Assembly: GCF_044704955.1 (NCBI RefSeq)
Contig: NW_027252889.1
Location: forward strand, 496,001 to 560,000
Source: Pristiophorus japonicus
Lineage: Eukaryota
Reading direction: 5' to 3'
DNA length: 64,000 nt
Shown piece by piece: positions 40,498-54,990 of the stretch; the first letter of the stretch is position 1; every line of letters starts with the position of its first letter. The position numbers and the translations under genes are program-made. The notes beneath the pieces are model-generated. The model ran no database searches. It had not been told where the DNA came from and worked only from the letters and a program-made list of their open reading frames with translations.

Positions 40498-41249
40498 AGC
40501 TTTTCTGTGGTTCAGTTGAAATTGTGCTTTATAATGCTCCTGTGAAACATCTTGGAACATTGTACCCTGTTGAAGGTGCTATATAGATACCAGTTGTTCT
40601 TGTTGTTAACTTACATTAAGTGGTTTTGCTGCATCAAATATTGAGGTTTTTGTAAAGTTTAATTTTTTCTGACATTTACTTGCATCAGTGAAATGAAAAA
40701 TAAAAAGCTTCTGCTGAATAATGTGTGAGAAACTTGTTCACAACGATATAAAGATCAAGTTCAAGAGCTAAGCACATAAACCACAGACTTTACAGTGTTT
40801 CCTTTGGCCTCTGCTCATTTCTCAGCCTATTTCCTCAACTCAGGCCCACGTTTGATTCTGCAAACCATATTAGGTTAAAATGTGAAGGCTGAGACAGCGA
40901 TTGGCACGTCTCCCATGGGCATGTTATTCCGATAGTAAAATAGGAGCGAGGTGCACTTGACAAAAATAATCAGTTTCAATGAACAAAAGTTTCAAATTCA
41001 GGAACAGTTATACCCATCCTTCGCTTTGAAGCCCAGACTGATATTAAGCAAATATTATAAAGGTGCCGCTGACCATTGAATGAAACTGTCACTCACAGCC
41101 TAGTTCAAAGATACCCATTTTCACCCCCTCCCCCCACATGAGGAATTATCTTCATAGTAAATGATCTACTACACTTAGAGACCCAGGGATAATCTTGAAG
41201 TGGAGCATTCATCGGGCAGGTGATGGGCGGAGAGATCCTAAAATAGTGA

Positions 41250-42610
41250 GTATACTTTCTACCCTTGTAAGAGACCTTCCTCAGGCTGCACGTGGAACAC
41301 TGTCAGTTTTGGTCTCCTCACATGGTGGGTGATTTTGAGGCTTTGCAAAGGGTGCAGAGGAGGGCCACTTGACTAGTTCCCAGTTTAAAGTTTCCTAGTT
41401 ATCAAGGTAGGCTAAACGAGCTGGGACTCTACACATTGGAGAAGACTTAGGGCTGATCTATTCAAGGTTTATAAGATAATGAAGGGAATTGATTATGTTC
41501 GAGTTGACAGTTTGTTCCAATTACAAAGGTTAGGGAGGACCAGGGGTCACGATGTGAAATTGTGTAAGGCCAGATCGAGGTTAGATGTTAGGAGGTGGTT
41601 CTTTGCCCAGGGAACAGCGGACCCTGGCCTTCATAGCTAGGGGATTTGAGTATTTGAGCAGGGAGGTCTTACTGCAGTTGTACAGGACCTTGGTGAGGCC
41701 TCACCTGGAATATTGTGTTCAGTTTTGGTCTCCGAATCTGAGGAAGGGCGTTCTTGCTATTTAGGGAGTTTAGCGAAGGTTCATCAGACTAATTCATGGG
41801 ATGGCAGGACTGACGTATGAGAAAAGACTGGATCAACTGGGCCTTTATACATTGGGGTTTAGAAGGATGAGAGGGAATCTCATAGAAACAGACAAGATTC
41901 TGACGGGACGGGACAGGTTAGATGCAGGTAGAATGTTCCCGATGTAGGAGAAGTCCAGAACCAGGGGACACAGTTTTAGGATAAGGGGTAGGCCAATTAG
42001 GACTGAGATGAGGAGAAACTTCTTCACTCAGAGTTGTTAACCTGTGGAATTCCCTGCCGTAGAGAGTTGTTGATGCCCGTTCATTGGATATATTCAAGAG
42101 GGAGTTAGATATGGCCCTTATGGCTAAGAAGATCAAGGGATATGGAGAGAAAGCAGGAAAGGGGTACTGAGGGAATGATCAGCCATTGAATGGTGGTGCA
42201 GGCTCGAAGGGCCGAATGGCCTACTCCTGCGCCTATTTTCTATGTTTCTACCCTGGAACAGACTGCTGGCTCATGCGATGGACACGGATTCAGTGAATTT
42301 CTTCAAGCGAGAGCTGAACCTGTTTCTGGTTGTGGTGGAGATCACCTCATACAATAGGTAGGTACTGCAAGAAATTATCAGGGCCAGCGTGATCTCCCGG
42401 ATTAGTTTTGATCACCTGGGGGCAGGGGGCGGAGAGGAATTTCCCGCATTTTTCCCTCATTTGGCCTGGGTTTCTTTCTGTTTTTTCATCTCTCCCAGGA
42501 AATCACATGGTTTTGAGTGGGGTGGAGTGTATATATTGTGGTACACAAGGTATCACAATTGTGTGGGACAGGCTGGATGGAGCAGTAGGTCTTTTCCTGT
42601 CCGTCATTGT
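41250..42610 (+). mobile_element. nested CR1 3' fragments (younger copy ~41624-42250 inside an older one)
   Basis: ccctgg flanks the inner copy on both sides; inner copy ends ttctatgtttcta. Confidence 0.8.
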
Positions 42611-44323
42611 TCGAGATCTCTGCGTTCCTCTAATTCTGCCCTCTTGAGCATCCCCGATTATAATCACTCAACCATTGGTGGCCATGCCTTCTGTTGCCTG
42701 GGCCCTAAGCTCTAGAACTCCCTGTCTAAACCTCTCTGCCTCTCTTTCCTCCTTCAAGACAATCCTTAAAACCTACCTCTTTGAACAAGCTTTTGATCAC
42801 CTGCGCTAATTTCTCCTTATGTGGCTTGGTGTCAATTTTTATTGTCTCATAATACTCCTGTGAAGCACCTTGGGATGTTTCACTGTGTTAAAGGTGCTAT
42901 ATAAATACCAGTTGTTGTTGTTGTTGAGGTAGGCTGTAAGAAGCCGGATTCATTTTCAGGGTCAGGCCTCATTTGCATGGAACCACCAAGCTGAAGGCAC
43001 GTTATAATTAATCATATGGTAGCTCGCCATTTTGGGAGGGAGGGGTTCGAAATCTGGGGAGTCAAGTTAGCAGAAAAGTATTAAGGGGGAGGAGTAGGTT
43101 GATCAGTCTTTTTGGAGTCTTTTGGGAGGTGCAGGAAGAATAAATATTGTTGCAGATGTTGGTGCTGGACTCCTCCCACTTGTCCATCCTCTCAACCACA
43201 TGCGTGGAAACTGTCTCTACCAGCTGCTCACGAGACTGATGCTCCCAAATCATTGGCCTGGGAGGACTGTTGTTTTTCCTCCTGCCATGGTGGTACGGTA
43301 CTGATCCTCTCTTCCACTCCTCGGTCTTCATTCTCACTAGTGGTTCGCCTGGTGATAACCCTTCTCACTGTCCAGTGCCTCACTAATGGGCGTATCAGTG
43401 CTGATGCTCGGACAGGTAAGATGCCAGGATGGAATTAGTGAGGATGCAACATGGAGGCAGCTGGACATAGGGGCAAAGGTGGCATGTGGGCCCAAGCAGA
43501 GGTGCCATCGTTACCGTTAATGTGAGCTTCCCCTTCTGCCCCTTTGTGCTGGGTGCCCATTTTAAATATTTCTTCACTCATTTCCCTCAAGATCCTGAGA
43601 TGGAAACCATCCACCTACCTTAAGTTTAAGTTGTGTGTTGTGTCCAATCTCTGTGTGAATAATAACCCCCACCTCTGCTGGTTCTACATCTCAATAACCA
43701 CCTCCTCTATGAAAGCTGAGACAAAGGCCTTATGTCATATCTCTTTCTTTCCCACCCTCCCACGACTACCTTTGTCTCCCCTATCTCTCAGTAGCACTGA
43801 CTACCTGCTCACTACCCAATATGCTTGTTGAAGCCTTTTTATTTCCTTTATGTTTTTATTGCTAGTTAACTCTGTTACTCTCTTATTTATCCTTTTGTAG
43901 CTGTCCTGTATTCATTATATTGGTTCGTAAACCTTGCATCACTTTCTTTCATCAGCTTGGCTTCCCTGGAACCACATTTTGAAGATTGGAAGATGTAAAA
44001 GGTACTGTTGACAATGGGTAGAAACACTCAGTTCCTCTGGTGGGAGCAGGAGTTGGGAAAATAACTGCAGTTAAGGAGTTAGACCAGAATTCGGAATTTG
44101 CTTCCAAGCTGCCTTACGCACAACTCAATTATTGTATTATCCTTTTCATTTAGTATCACTGAAGTCTTGTCAGCCTGTTTGCTTTGATATCTGTCCCTCC
44201 TCCCTCTACATACCACCTGATGATTTGTCACAAGTAACTGGTGTCACCAAGTAACATCTGCTTATCTGATCGATTATAGTGTCTGATAGATTAGTGGCTG
44301 CAGGGGCACACTTTCCAGTTGGA

Positions 44324-44375
44324 ATGATCTGTAAAATGTTCCTGGTTTTCACTCTGACCCTCTGCTCTTCTGTGG
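44324..44375 (+). CDS. Gene B exon 1: signal-peptide (leader) exon
   Basis: ATG...MICKMFLVFTLTLCSSV-G|GTAGGT, 52 nt, phase 1; same length and TLTLCxxVG end as the gene A leader. Confidence 0.8.
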
Positions 44376-45004
44376 GTAGGTACTTGTTCCAGTTTGGTTC
44401 GGAAGTAGTGAATGTTTGCTTCAGTATGTTCGACTTTTGATGGGTTCTGTTACTGATTGCGAAACCGTGTCCTGTTAGACATACATATTCTGCAGTGATC
44501 TAGCAATGTGCTGAATTTATTAACATCAATTTCAACGTGTGTGCCTCAGAAGAGGAAGCAGCATTATTATATTGGCAGATTCCAATCAGCGTGCATTTAC
44601 ACCAACTTCTGGTGTGAGACGGGAGCTGGAGTTTGGCTTTAAGTATGACTTGGCTCCTGGCTGCCTGTTTAGGAAAGAGCACTATACCTGTCTGCATAAA
44701 AATAATTTGCATTTATATAGCACCTTTAACAGGATATCCAAATGGCGCTCTGGATTAATGTCGGACTTTGACTCTCACTGCACCTCACTCCAGAGTGGAG
44801 TTAAATCCTGACACTGGATTTGCAATGGAACTTTAGTTATGCACCAACGTTAAACTTGCGGTGCAAACATTGCCGTGACCGTGTGATCACATCTCTGAGG
44901 CTGTGGAAAAAAGGCTTCATTGGACATTATTACTGCCCCACACTCTCACTCTCACTCTCCCCTTCAACACTGAGTGGGTGAAACCTGTGCCTTCATTTCA
45001 AGTA

Positions 45005-47110
45005 CAGGTTGAACCTCCCTTAAAAACAGATAGCAAGAGTTTCTATAGGTATATAAACAGGAAGAGTGGCTAAAGTAAATGTTGGTCCCTTAGAGGACGC
45101 GACCGGGGAATTAGTAATGGGGAACATGGAGACGGCAGAAACTCTGAACAAATATTTTGTATCAGTCTTTACAGTAGAGGACACTAACAATATCCCAACA
45201 GTGGATAGTCAAGGGGCAATGGAGGGGGGGGGGGGGGGGGGGGCGAAGAACTTAACACAATCACAATGGAGGTGGTACTCAGTAAGATAATGGGTCTAAA
45301 GGCAGATAAATCCCCATGACATGATGGCTTGCATCCTAAGCTCTTAAGAGAAGTAGCGGCAGGGATAGTAGATGCACTGGTTGTAACATAGCAACATTCC
45401 CTGGATTCTGGGGAGGTCCCAGCAGATTGGAAAACTGCAAATGTAACGCCCCTATTTAAAAAAAAAAGGCAGACAAAAAGCGGGAAACGAGAGACCAGTT
45501 CGCCTAACATCTGTGGTTGGGAAAATGTTGGAGTCCATTATTAAAGAAGTAGTAGCAGGACATTTGGAAAAGCATAATTCGGTCAGGCAGTCAGCATGGA
45601 TTTATGAAGGGGAAGTCATGTTTGACAAATTTGCTGGAATTCTTTGAGGATGCAACGAACAGGATGGATAAAGGGGAACCAGTGGATGTGGTGTATTTGG
45701 ACTTCCAGAAGGCAAGGTGCCACATAAAAGGTTACTGCACAAGATAAAAGTTACGGGGTTGGGGGTAATATATTAGCATGGATAGAGGATTGGCTAACGA
45801 ACAGAAAACAGAGAGTCAGGATAAATGGTTCATTCTCGGGTTGGCAATCAGTAACTAGTGGGGTGCCACAGGGATCAGTGCCGGGACCACAACTATTTAC
45901 AATCTATATTAACGACTTGGAAGAAGGGACTGAGTGTCACGTTGCCAAGTTTGCTGACGATACAAAGATGGGAGGAAAAGCAATGGGTGAGGAGGACACA
46001 AAAAATCTGCAAAAGAACGTAGACAGGCTAAGTGAGTGGGTAAAAATTTGGCAGATGGAGTATAATGTTGGAAAGTGTGAGGTCACGTACTTTGGCAGAA
46101 AAAAATCAAAGAGCAAGTTATTATTTAAATGGAGAAAGATTGCAAAGTGCTACAGTACAGCAAGTGATCAGGAAGGCCAATGTAATCTTGGTTTTTATTG
46201 CAAAGGGGATGGAGTATAAAAGTAGGGAAGTCTTGCTACAGTTATACAGGATATTGGTGAGGCCACACCTGGAATATTTATGAAAGGATATACTTGCTTT
46301 GGCGGCAGTTCAGAGAAGGTTCACAAGGTTGATTCCGGAGATGAGGGGGTTAACCGATGTGGAAAGGTTGAGTAGGTTGGGTCTCTACTCATTGGAATTG
46401 AGAGGTGATCTTATCGAAATGTATAAGATGATGAGGGGGCTTGACAAGGTGAATACAGAGAGAATGTTTCCACTGATAGGGGAGACTAGAACTAGGGGGC
46501 ATAATCTTAGAATAAGGGGCCGTTTTAAAACTGAGATGAGGAAAAATGTCTTTTCTCAGAGGGTTGTAAAACTGTGGAATTCACTGCCTCAGAGAGCTAT
46601 TGAAGCTGGGACACTGAATAAATTTACGATAGAGATAGACAGTTTTTGAACCGATAAGGGAATAAGGGGTTCTGGGGAACGGGCAGGGAAGTGGATCTGA
46701 GACATGATCGGATCAGCCAAATGGCAGAGCAGGCTTGAGGTGCCGTATGGCCTACTCCTGCTCCTATTTATGATGTTATTATGTTCTTATCCAGAACTCC
46801 CGTATCCAGAGCCACCCCTCGTCCAGAACCATTCCCGGCCACCGGTGGCACATGCTCAGAAGTCCTACATGAACAAATTGAAGTCCTTCCTCGCTGCCGA
46901 CTCCAGCAATCGTTGGCCTGACCCCGCGATCCACCCCCCCCCGCCCCATGATCTCTCTGCCGCACTCCCAGCCCCAAGCCAGCCAGCCCTGATATCCCCT
47001 TACTCAGTACCTGTACCATCCAATTTAACATGACCACCCCTCATCCGGAAAAATCCCTTATGCAGAACAGGCCAGGTTTCCAGGGTTCTGGATAAGGGAG
47101 GTTCAACATG
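45005..47110. mobile_element. Tc1/mariner (Tigger/pogo-like) MITE with a CR1 (~45022-46787, +) inserted in its left TIR
   Basis: caggttgaacctccctta|...|tccagaac versus gttctggataagggaggttcaacatg; TA target duplication at 45003 and 47111. Confidence 0.85.
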
Positions 47111-47164
47111 TACAGAAAACCCTGTCAGCGACTCAAAAGCACAACACTGCGGATGCTGGAAATC

Positions 47165-47305
47165 TGAAATCAAAACAGAAAATGCTGGAAATACTCAGCA
47201 GGTCAGAACTGACGAAGGAGCATCAACCTGAAACGTTAACTCTGTTTCTCTCTCCGTAGATGCTCTGAACTGCTGAATGTTTCCAGCATTTTCTGATTTT
47301 ATTCC
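47165..47305. repeat. short palindromic (hairpin) interspersed repeat
   Basis: cagaaaatgctggaaatactcagcagg ... ctgctgaatgtttccagcattttctg inverted arms. Confidence 0.7.
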
Positions 47306-49399
47306 TGGCAGTAGCCCTCAGAGGATTCACATGCATAACAACAACTTGCACCTGTAACATAGTAAAACATCCCAAGACACTTCACAGGAGCATTATCAAA
47401 CAAAATGTGATACTGCGCTTGGTCAAAGTAGTAGGTTTTAATGAGGAGAGAGAGGTCGAGCGGCGGAGAGGTTTAGGGAGAGAATTCTAGTGCTTAGGGC
47501 CAAGGCAGCTGAAGGCATGGCCGCCAATGTTGGAGCGACTGAAATCGAGGTTGCACAAGAGGCCAGAATTGGAGGAGCGCTGAGATCTCGGAGGGTTGTA
47601 GGGCTGGTGGAATTCAGGGAGGGATGAGGGATTTGAAAACAAGGATGAGAATTTTTGAGGCATTAACAGACCAGGAGCCAATTTAGGTCACGAGCACAAG
47701 GGTAAAGTCTAGAGGTAACAAAGGCATGGATGGGAGGTTTCAACAACAGATAAGCTGAGGCAGGGGCAGAGTCTGACCATGTTACAGAGGTTGAAGTTGA
47801 CGATCTTGGTGATAGTGCGGATATGTGGTCAGAAGCTCATCTCGGGGTCAAGTGCGACACCAAGGTTGCGAGCGGTCTGGTCCAGCCTCAGACAGTTGCC
47901 AGGAGAGGGATGGTGTCGGTGGTTCGGGAAGAGAAGTAGTTGCAGGTGATTCTCGGGCTACGACTGGACTTTATAATAGGCTTATAAAGTATAGGCACTG
48001 TAGGAAGGTGGTGTTCAATGGGCATCTTGCTGGATAGTGTTAGAGCAGCCTGCTAAACCTTCTGGGTCTGTTGTGGTCGATGGTGTCAGTCCTTTGAGTG
48101 TTCAAACATCTGGAGAAATAACTGCTGCTGCTGTAACTCTGACAGCCAGTTCACCACTTCAGGACAACATTTCTATTCTTCCATTTTAACTGGTTCTCCA
48201 GTGGCCGATAAGGGCTGAAACTCTTACTGCACCATGTGTGATGGAGTGCCTCTTGTCTCAGGATGACCAGCACTTGCTTTGCTCCTTTATATTCTCCAAA
48301 CCGATTCAATCCAGTCCACCGAAGGTAGCTCAGCTCCGGCACACTTTTATTGTTCGATGAAACTCAAGACTGGTCACAAATCTGCAATATTGAGTTTAAA
48401 TAAACCCTTTCCTGTTTCTGTAATCAGGGACATGGGTGAACACTTATTGGCACCATCCACTTCCCATGGTCCTCGGGCCCGAAAACCTCTGGAGAGGATG
48501 GAGAGTTTTCCCACAGTACATAAATGTGTCAAAAAACCAATTTCCTCGCTCTTTTTTAGCACAATAATGGTGCAAGTGCTGAGGATTGCGAGAAAATTCA
48601 AGGCCCATGTCAACATTTTATATCGAAAAAACCCAACATTTCACTGTCATGGTTTGTTAACCAATCCAATTACTCATAATACTTTTTTTTTACAATGGTG
48701 CAGATTTTGCGGGAGGAATCACGGTGTGTTCAAACAGGTCCTAGATCCCCTGTCGAGGGCACCGCGCTGTTTTTAGTCTCTGATTATCGCAAGTTACAGT
48801 GCAAAAGCCCACAGAGAGTCTTGGGCCTAAAAATCTGTTCTAATATTAGTGCCGGGCGATGTTTACCGTGTCCAAACGGGATATTCACTAGTAGCGCCCC
48901 AAGAGGGGAGTGGAGCACTTAGGGAAGCGTTCTACGCTACTTTGAGGGCTCTAGGGGTGGTAGCACTGCATGGATAATGAAGGTCTGGTGCTCGGAAACC
49001 TGAAAAATGACAGAAAGGTGAAGGGAGCGTTGGAAACATCGGCAGCAGTATGTGCGACCTCACAGAATCACGGCAATGTTAAAAGATTTTACAACTGACC
49101 AGCCACAGGCTCCTGCTCTATAACATCGCCCCAGGAGCTTCCATGGAACACCCGCTCTCCCTGTCGGTGACAGTGCCAGGCGCTACGGCAGGCGAAAGGA
49201 GTGAAGTTCAGGATCGCGGCACTAACGTGGCGTTGTACACCCATGACGTCACCAAGTGGGTGGTGCTAGAGTGCACGGCGTTAACTGATAGCGCCGCTGC
49301 TAAACCACCACTGAGGTTCACGGCAGGCACCGACAGCGCGGCACTCGGGCAGCAAGTGCTTAGCGGCTAGAAGGCAGTAGAGCAGGGGAGCGATGGGGG

Positions 49400-50720
49400 A
49401 AATGATAACCAGAGTGTGACAGGAAGGGACAGAATTTATAAACATAAGTGTATCAGAAAGTGAGGTCAAAGCAGGGAAAATGGTAAAAGACAAAATCAAA
49501 AGCACTTTATATGAATGCACACAGCATTTGTAACAAGACAGATGAATTGACGGCACAAATAGATAGAAATGGGTATGATCTGATAACCATTACAGAGCCA
49601 TGGTTGCAAGGTGACCAAGGCTGGGAACTGAAAATTCAGGGATTTTTGGCAATTCGGAAGGATGGACAGAGTGGAAAAGGAGGTGGGGTAGCTCTGTTAA
49701 TAAAGGATGAGATCAGTGCAGTAATGAGAAATGATATTGGCTCAGAAGATCAAGATGTAGAATCAATTTGGGTGGAGATCAGAAATAATGTGAAGAAGTC
49801 ACTGGTGGGCATCGTCTATAGACCCCCTAACAGAAGCTACACTGTTGGACAGAGTATAAATCAAGCAGTATTGGAATCTTGTAAGAAAGTTACGGCAATA
49901 ATCATGGGCAATTTTAATCTATATATTGATTGGACAAATCAAATTGGCCAAGATAGTCTTGAGGAAGAATTCATCGAGTGTATCTGGAATGGTTTCCTTG
50001 AACAGTACATTGTGGAAACAACCAGGGAGCAGGCTATCTTAGATCTGGTACTGTGTAAACATAAGAAACATAAGAAATAGGAGCAGGAGTAGGCCAAAGG
50101 GCCTCTTGAGCCTGGTCCGCCATTCAATAAGATCATGGCTGATCTGATTATTGGCTCAGCTCAACTTTCCTGCCCGCTCCCCATAACCCCTTTACTCCCT
50201 TATCACTCAAAAATCTGTCTATCTCCACCTTAAATATATTCAATGACCCAGTCTCCACAGCTCTCTGGGGCAGAGAATTCCACAGATTTACAACTAACTG
50301 GGAGAAGAAATTCCTCCTCATCTCAGTTTAGAATGGGCGACCCCTTATTCTAAAACTATGCCCCCTAGTTCTAGATTCCCTCATAAGTGGAAATATCCTC
50401 TCTGCATTTACCTTGTCGAGCCCACTCATTATCTTCTATGTCTCAATAAGATCCCCTCTCATTCTTCTGAACTTCAATGTGTACAGGCCCAACCTACTCA
50501 ACCTTTCCTCATAAATCAACCCCTTCATCTCAGGAATCAACCGAGTGAACCTTCTCTGAACTACCTCCAATGCAAGTATATGTTTCAATGCTAAGGGTTA
50601 TGGGGAGTGGGCGGAGAAGTGGAGCTGAGCCCAAGATCAGATCAGCCATGATCTTATTAATTGATGGAGCAGTCTCGAGGAGCCAAATGGCCTACTCCTG
50701 CTCCTAATGTTATGTTCTAG
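49400..50720. mobile_element. CR1 endonuclease fragment (+, 49490-50058) joined to CR1 3' fragments (-, 50059-50590; +, to 50720)
   Basis: MNAHSICNK, ITEPWL, GGGVALLIK, VYRPP, GNFN; cataagaaataggagcagg CR1 tail. Confidence 0.85.
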
Positions 50721-51623
50721 CGCCCCCCCCTTGGGCACTAACGGGTGCTGCTAAGCAAACAACTCTTTCACCCCAAGTGTAATGTGGTGTAACGTGTTAG
50801 TGTAATGAACAGTGAGCGCCGTTCATTCTCCGCTGACCACTGACTGACCAATAATAATTGCAATTTATTCCCCGGTAACTGAAAGTTCGAATGTCCGAAA
50901 TAAAGTTTAAAGCAGAATATAAAATTCTAAATATGAAGACCCTCTCACAGTAACATGATTAAATGTATCTATTGAATTGTCTTTTACTGTCTTCCCTAAA
51001 GCCTATACTTGAAAGCTTCGCCTTGTCTCAAGAGTTGGGACTGCTCCTCAACAGGTCGACAGTTTCTAACCACATTCTGGCAATGGCATTCTCAGCATGT
51101 GCAGCTGCAAAATTGTCCAGCGTGCAATAATGTACAAGATCACCGGCCAGAATATTCCAGCTATAACACTCCCATATACAATTCCCCCCTTCCTGTTCAA
51201 CATTGTTAGTGTACGTCATTAAATACAGAGCAACCAGGCAGCTGGTGGGCAAAAGCAAGCTGGTCATTAATTCACATCAGGCAGTAGGAGAGGTTGGACG
51301 TTTAGCAAGAGTGAGTTCTCTCGGAGAAGGACATCATTTAGACTGAGTACTTTATACTGTGGGATTATTGAGCAATGCAGGGGGTGTGAAAGGGAGAAAT
51401 GTGCTTCTTGATGAGAAAGCATTTGCTTTGGATGGGCTATTTACAGTGCGGCACTATTTGGTCATGCAGTTAAATATTAAACATCGAATGATTAATTCTC
51501 TTGCAAAGAACTATATTAAATGCAGGAGATGTCGTCAAATGCTGAGATTGTGTTTTGTTTTTGGTTTATCGACTGCCAGTCGTGGCTCAGTGGGCAGCAC
51601 TCCCGCCTGAGTCAGAAGGTTAG

Positions 51624-54600
51624 AACATAAGAACGTAAGAAATAGGAGCAGGAATAGGCCATACGGCCCCTCGAGCCTGCTCCGCCATTTGATACGATCA
51701 TAGCTGATCCGATCATGGACTCAGGTCCACTTCCCTGCCCACTCCCCATAACCCCTTATTCCCTTGTCGGTTAAGAAACTGTCTATCTCTGTTTTAAATT
51801 TAATCAGCTCCCACAGCTCTCTGAGGCAGCAAATTCCACAGATTTACTACCCTCAGAGAAGAAATTCCTCCTCATGGGCAGCCCCTTATTCTAAGATTAT
51901 ACCCCCTAGTTCTAGTCGCCCCTATCAGTGGAAACATCCTCTCTGCATCCACCTTGTCAAGCCCCCTCATAATCTTACACGTTTCGATAAGATCACCTCT
52001 CATTCTTCTGAATTCCAATGAGTAGAGGCCCAATCTACTCAACCTTTCCTCATAAGTCAACCCGCTCATCTCCGGAATCAACCTCGTGAACTGCCTGCAA
52101 AGCAAGTATATCTTTTCTTAAATATGGAAGGGCTTAAACCTGGGCCTCATAATCTTGTATGTTTCGATAAGATCACCTCTCATTCTTCTGAATTACAATG
52201 AGTAGAAGCCCAATCTACTCAACCTTTCATAGAAATAATAGGTGCAAGAGCAGGCCATTCGGCCCTTCGAGCCTGCACCACCATTCAATATGATCATAGC
52301 TGATCATGCAACTTCAGTACCCACATCCTGCTTTCTCTCCATACCTCTAATCCCTTTAGCCATAAGGGCCACATCTAACTCCCTTTTGAATGTATCTAAT
52401 GAACTGGACTCAACAACTTTCTGTGGTAGAGAATTCCATAGGTTCACAATTCTCTGGGTGAAAAAGTTTCTCATCTCAGCCCTATATGGCTTACCCCTTA
52501 TCCTTCGACTGTGAGCCCAGGTTCTGGACTTCCCCAACATCGGGAACATTCTTCCTGCATCATCAGAATTTTATATGCTTCTATGGGATCCCCTTTCATT
52601 CTTCTAAATTCCAGTGAATATAAGCCTTGTCGATCCAGTCTTTCTTCATATGTCAGTCCTGCCATCCCAGGGATCTGCCTGATGAACCTTTGCTGCACTC
52701 CCTCAATAGCAAGAATGTCCTTCCTCAGATTAGGTGACAAAATCTGCACACAATACTCAAGGCGTGGTCTCACCAAGGCCCTGTACAACTGCAGCAAGAC
52801 CTCCCTGCCCCTATACTCAAATCCTCTCGCTATGGAGGCCAACATGCCATTTGCTTTCTTAACTGCCTGCTGTACGTGCATGCCTACTTTCAATGACTGA
52901 TGTACCATGACACCCAGATCTCGTTGCATCTCCCATTTTACTGATTGGTCACTATTCAGATAATAATCTGTCTTCCTGTTTTTGCCACCAAAGTGGATAA
53001 CCTCACACTTATCCACATTATACTGCATCTGCCATGCATCTGCCCACTCACCTAACCTATCCAAGTCACCCTGCAGCCTCTTAGCATCCTCCTCACAGCT
53101 CACACTGCCACCCAGCTTAGTGTCATCTGCAAACTTGGAGATATTACATTCAATTCCATCGTCTAAATTATTAATATATATTGTAAATAGCTGGTGTCCC
53201 AGGACAGAACCTTGCGGTACCCCACTAGTTACTGCCTGCCATTCTGAAAAGGACCCGTTTATTCCTTCTCTTTGCTTTCTGTCTGCCAACCAGTTCTCTA
53301 TCCACATCAATATATTACCCCCAATCCCATGTGCCTTAATTTTGCACATTAATCTCTTGTGTGGGACCTTGTCAAAAGCCTTTTGAAAGTCCAAATACAC
53401 CACATCCACTGGTTCTCCCTTATCCACTCTACTAGTTACATCCTTAAAAAATGAAGAAAGATTTGTTCAGCATGATTTCCCTTTCATAAATCCATGCTGA
53501 CTTGGACCGATCCTGTCACTGCTTTCCAAATGTGCTGCTATTACATCTTTAATAATCGATTCCAGCATTTTCCCCACTACCGATGTCAGGCTAACTGGTC
53601 TATAATTCCCTGTTTTCTCTCTCACTCTTTTCTTAAAAAGTGGGGTTAAATTAGCTACGCTCCAATCCATAGGAACTGATCCAGAGTCCATGGAATGTTG
53701 GAAAATGATCACCAATGCATCTACTATTTCTAGCGCCACTTCCTTAAGTACTCTGGGATGAAGACGATCAGGCCCTGGGGATTTATCAGCCTTTAGTCCC
53801 TTCAATTTCCCCAATACCATTTCCCGACTAATAAGGATTTCCCCCAATTCCTCCTTCTCGCGAGACCCTCGGTCCCCTCGTATTTTCGAGAGATTATTTG
53901 TGTCTTTCTTAGTGAAGACGGAACCAACGTATTTTGTTCAATTGGTCTGCCATTTCCTTGTTCCCTATTATGAATTCACCTGATTCTGAATGCAAGGGAC
54001 CTACATTAGTCTTCACTAATCTTTTTCTCTTCACATATCTATAGAAGCTTTTGCAGTCAGTTTTTATGTTCCCTGCAAGCTTACTCTTATACTCTCTTTC
54101 CCCTCTCCTAATTAAACCCTTAGTCTTCCTCTGCTGAATTTTAAATTTCTCCCAGTCCTCAGGTTTGCTGCTTTTTCTGGCCAATTTATATGCCTCTTCC
54201 TTGGATTTAACACTATCTCTAATTTCCCTCATTAGCCACGGTTGAGCCACCTTCCCCGTTTTATTTTTACGCCACACAGGGATGTACAATTGTTGTAGTT
54301 CATCCATGTGATCTTTAATTGTTTGCCATTGCCTATCCACCATCAACCATTTAAGTATCATTCGCCAGTCTATCCTAGCCAATTCACATCTCATACCATC
54401 GAAGTTACCTTTCTTTAATTTCAGGACTCGAGTCTCTGAATTAACTCTGTAACTCTCCATCTTAATGAATAATTCTACCATATTATGGTCACTCTTCCCC
54501 AAGGGGCCTTACACGACAAGATTGCTAATTAATCCTCTCTCATTACACAAGACCCAATCTAGGATGGCCTGCTCTCTCGTTGGTTCCTCGACATATTGGT

Positions 54601-54990
54601 CTAGACATAAGTCATACCCCTCATCTCCGGAATCAATCAAGTGAACCTTCTGTGAACTGCCTCCAAAGCAAGTATATCCTTTCTTAAATACGGAAACCAA
54701 AACTGCATGCAGTATTCTAGGTGTGGCCTCACCAATACCCTGTATAACTGTAGCACGACTTCCCTGCTTTTATACTCCATCCCCTTTACAATAAAGGCCA
54801 AGATTCCATTGGCCTTCCTCATCACTTGATGTACCAGCATACTATCCTTTTGTGGTTCATGCACCAGGACCCCCAGGTCCCGCTGTACTTTGCAATTTTT
54901 CTCCATTTAAATAATAACTTGCTCTTCAATTTTTTTTGCCAACGTACGTAACCTCACACTTTCCAACATCATACTCCATCTGCCAAATCT
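51624..54990 (-). mobile_element. stack of nested CR1 copies; largest ~52229-54605
   Basis: ORFs 52498-54502 are the same family as 1-2763 in opposite orientation; an older copy is interrupted at ~52228 and resumes at ~54606. Confidence 0.92.
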
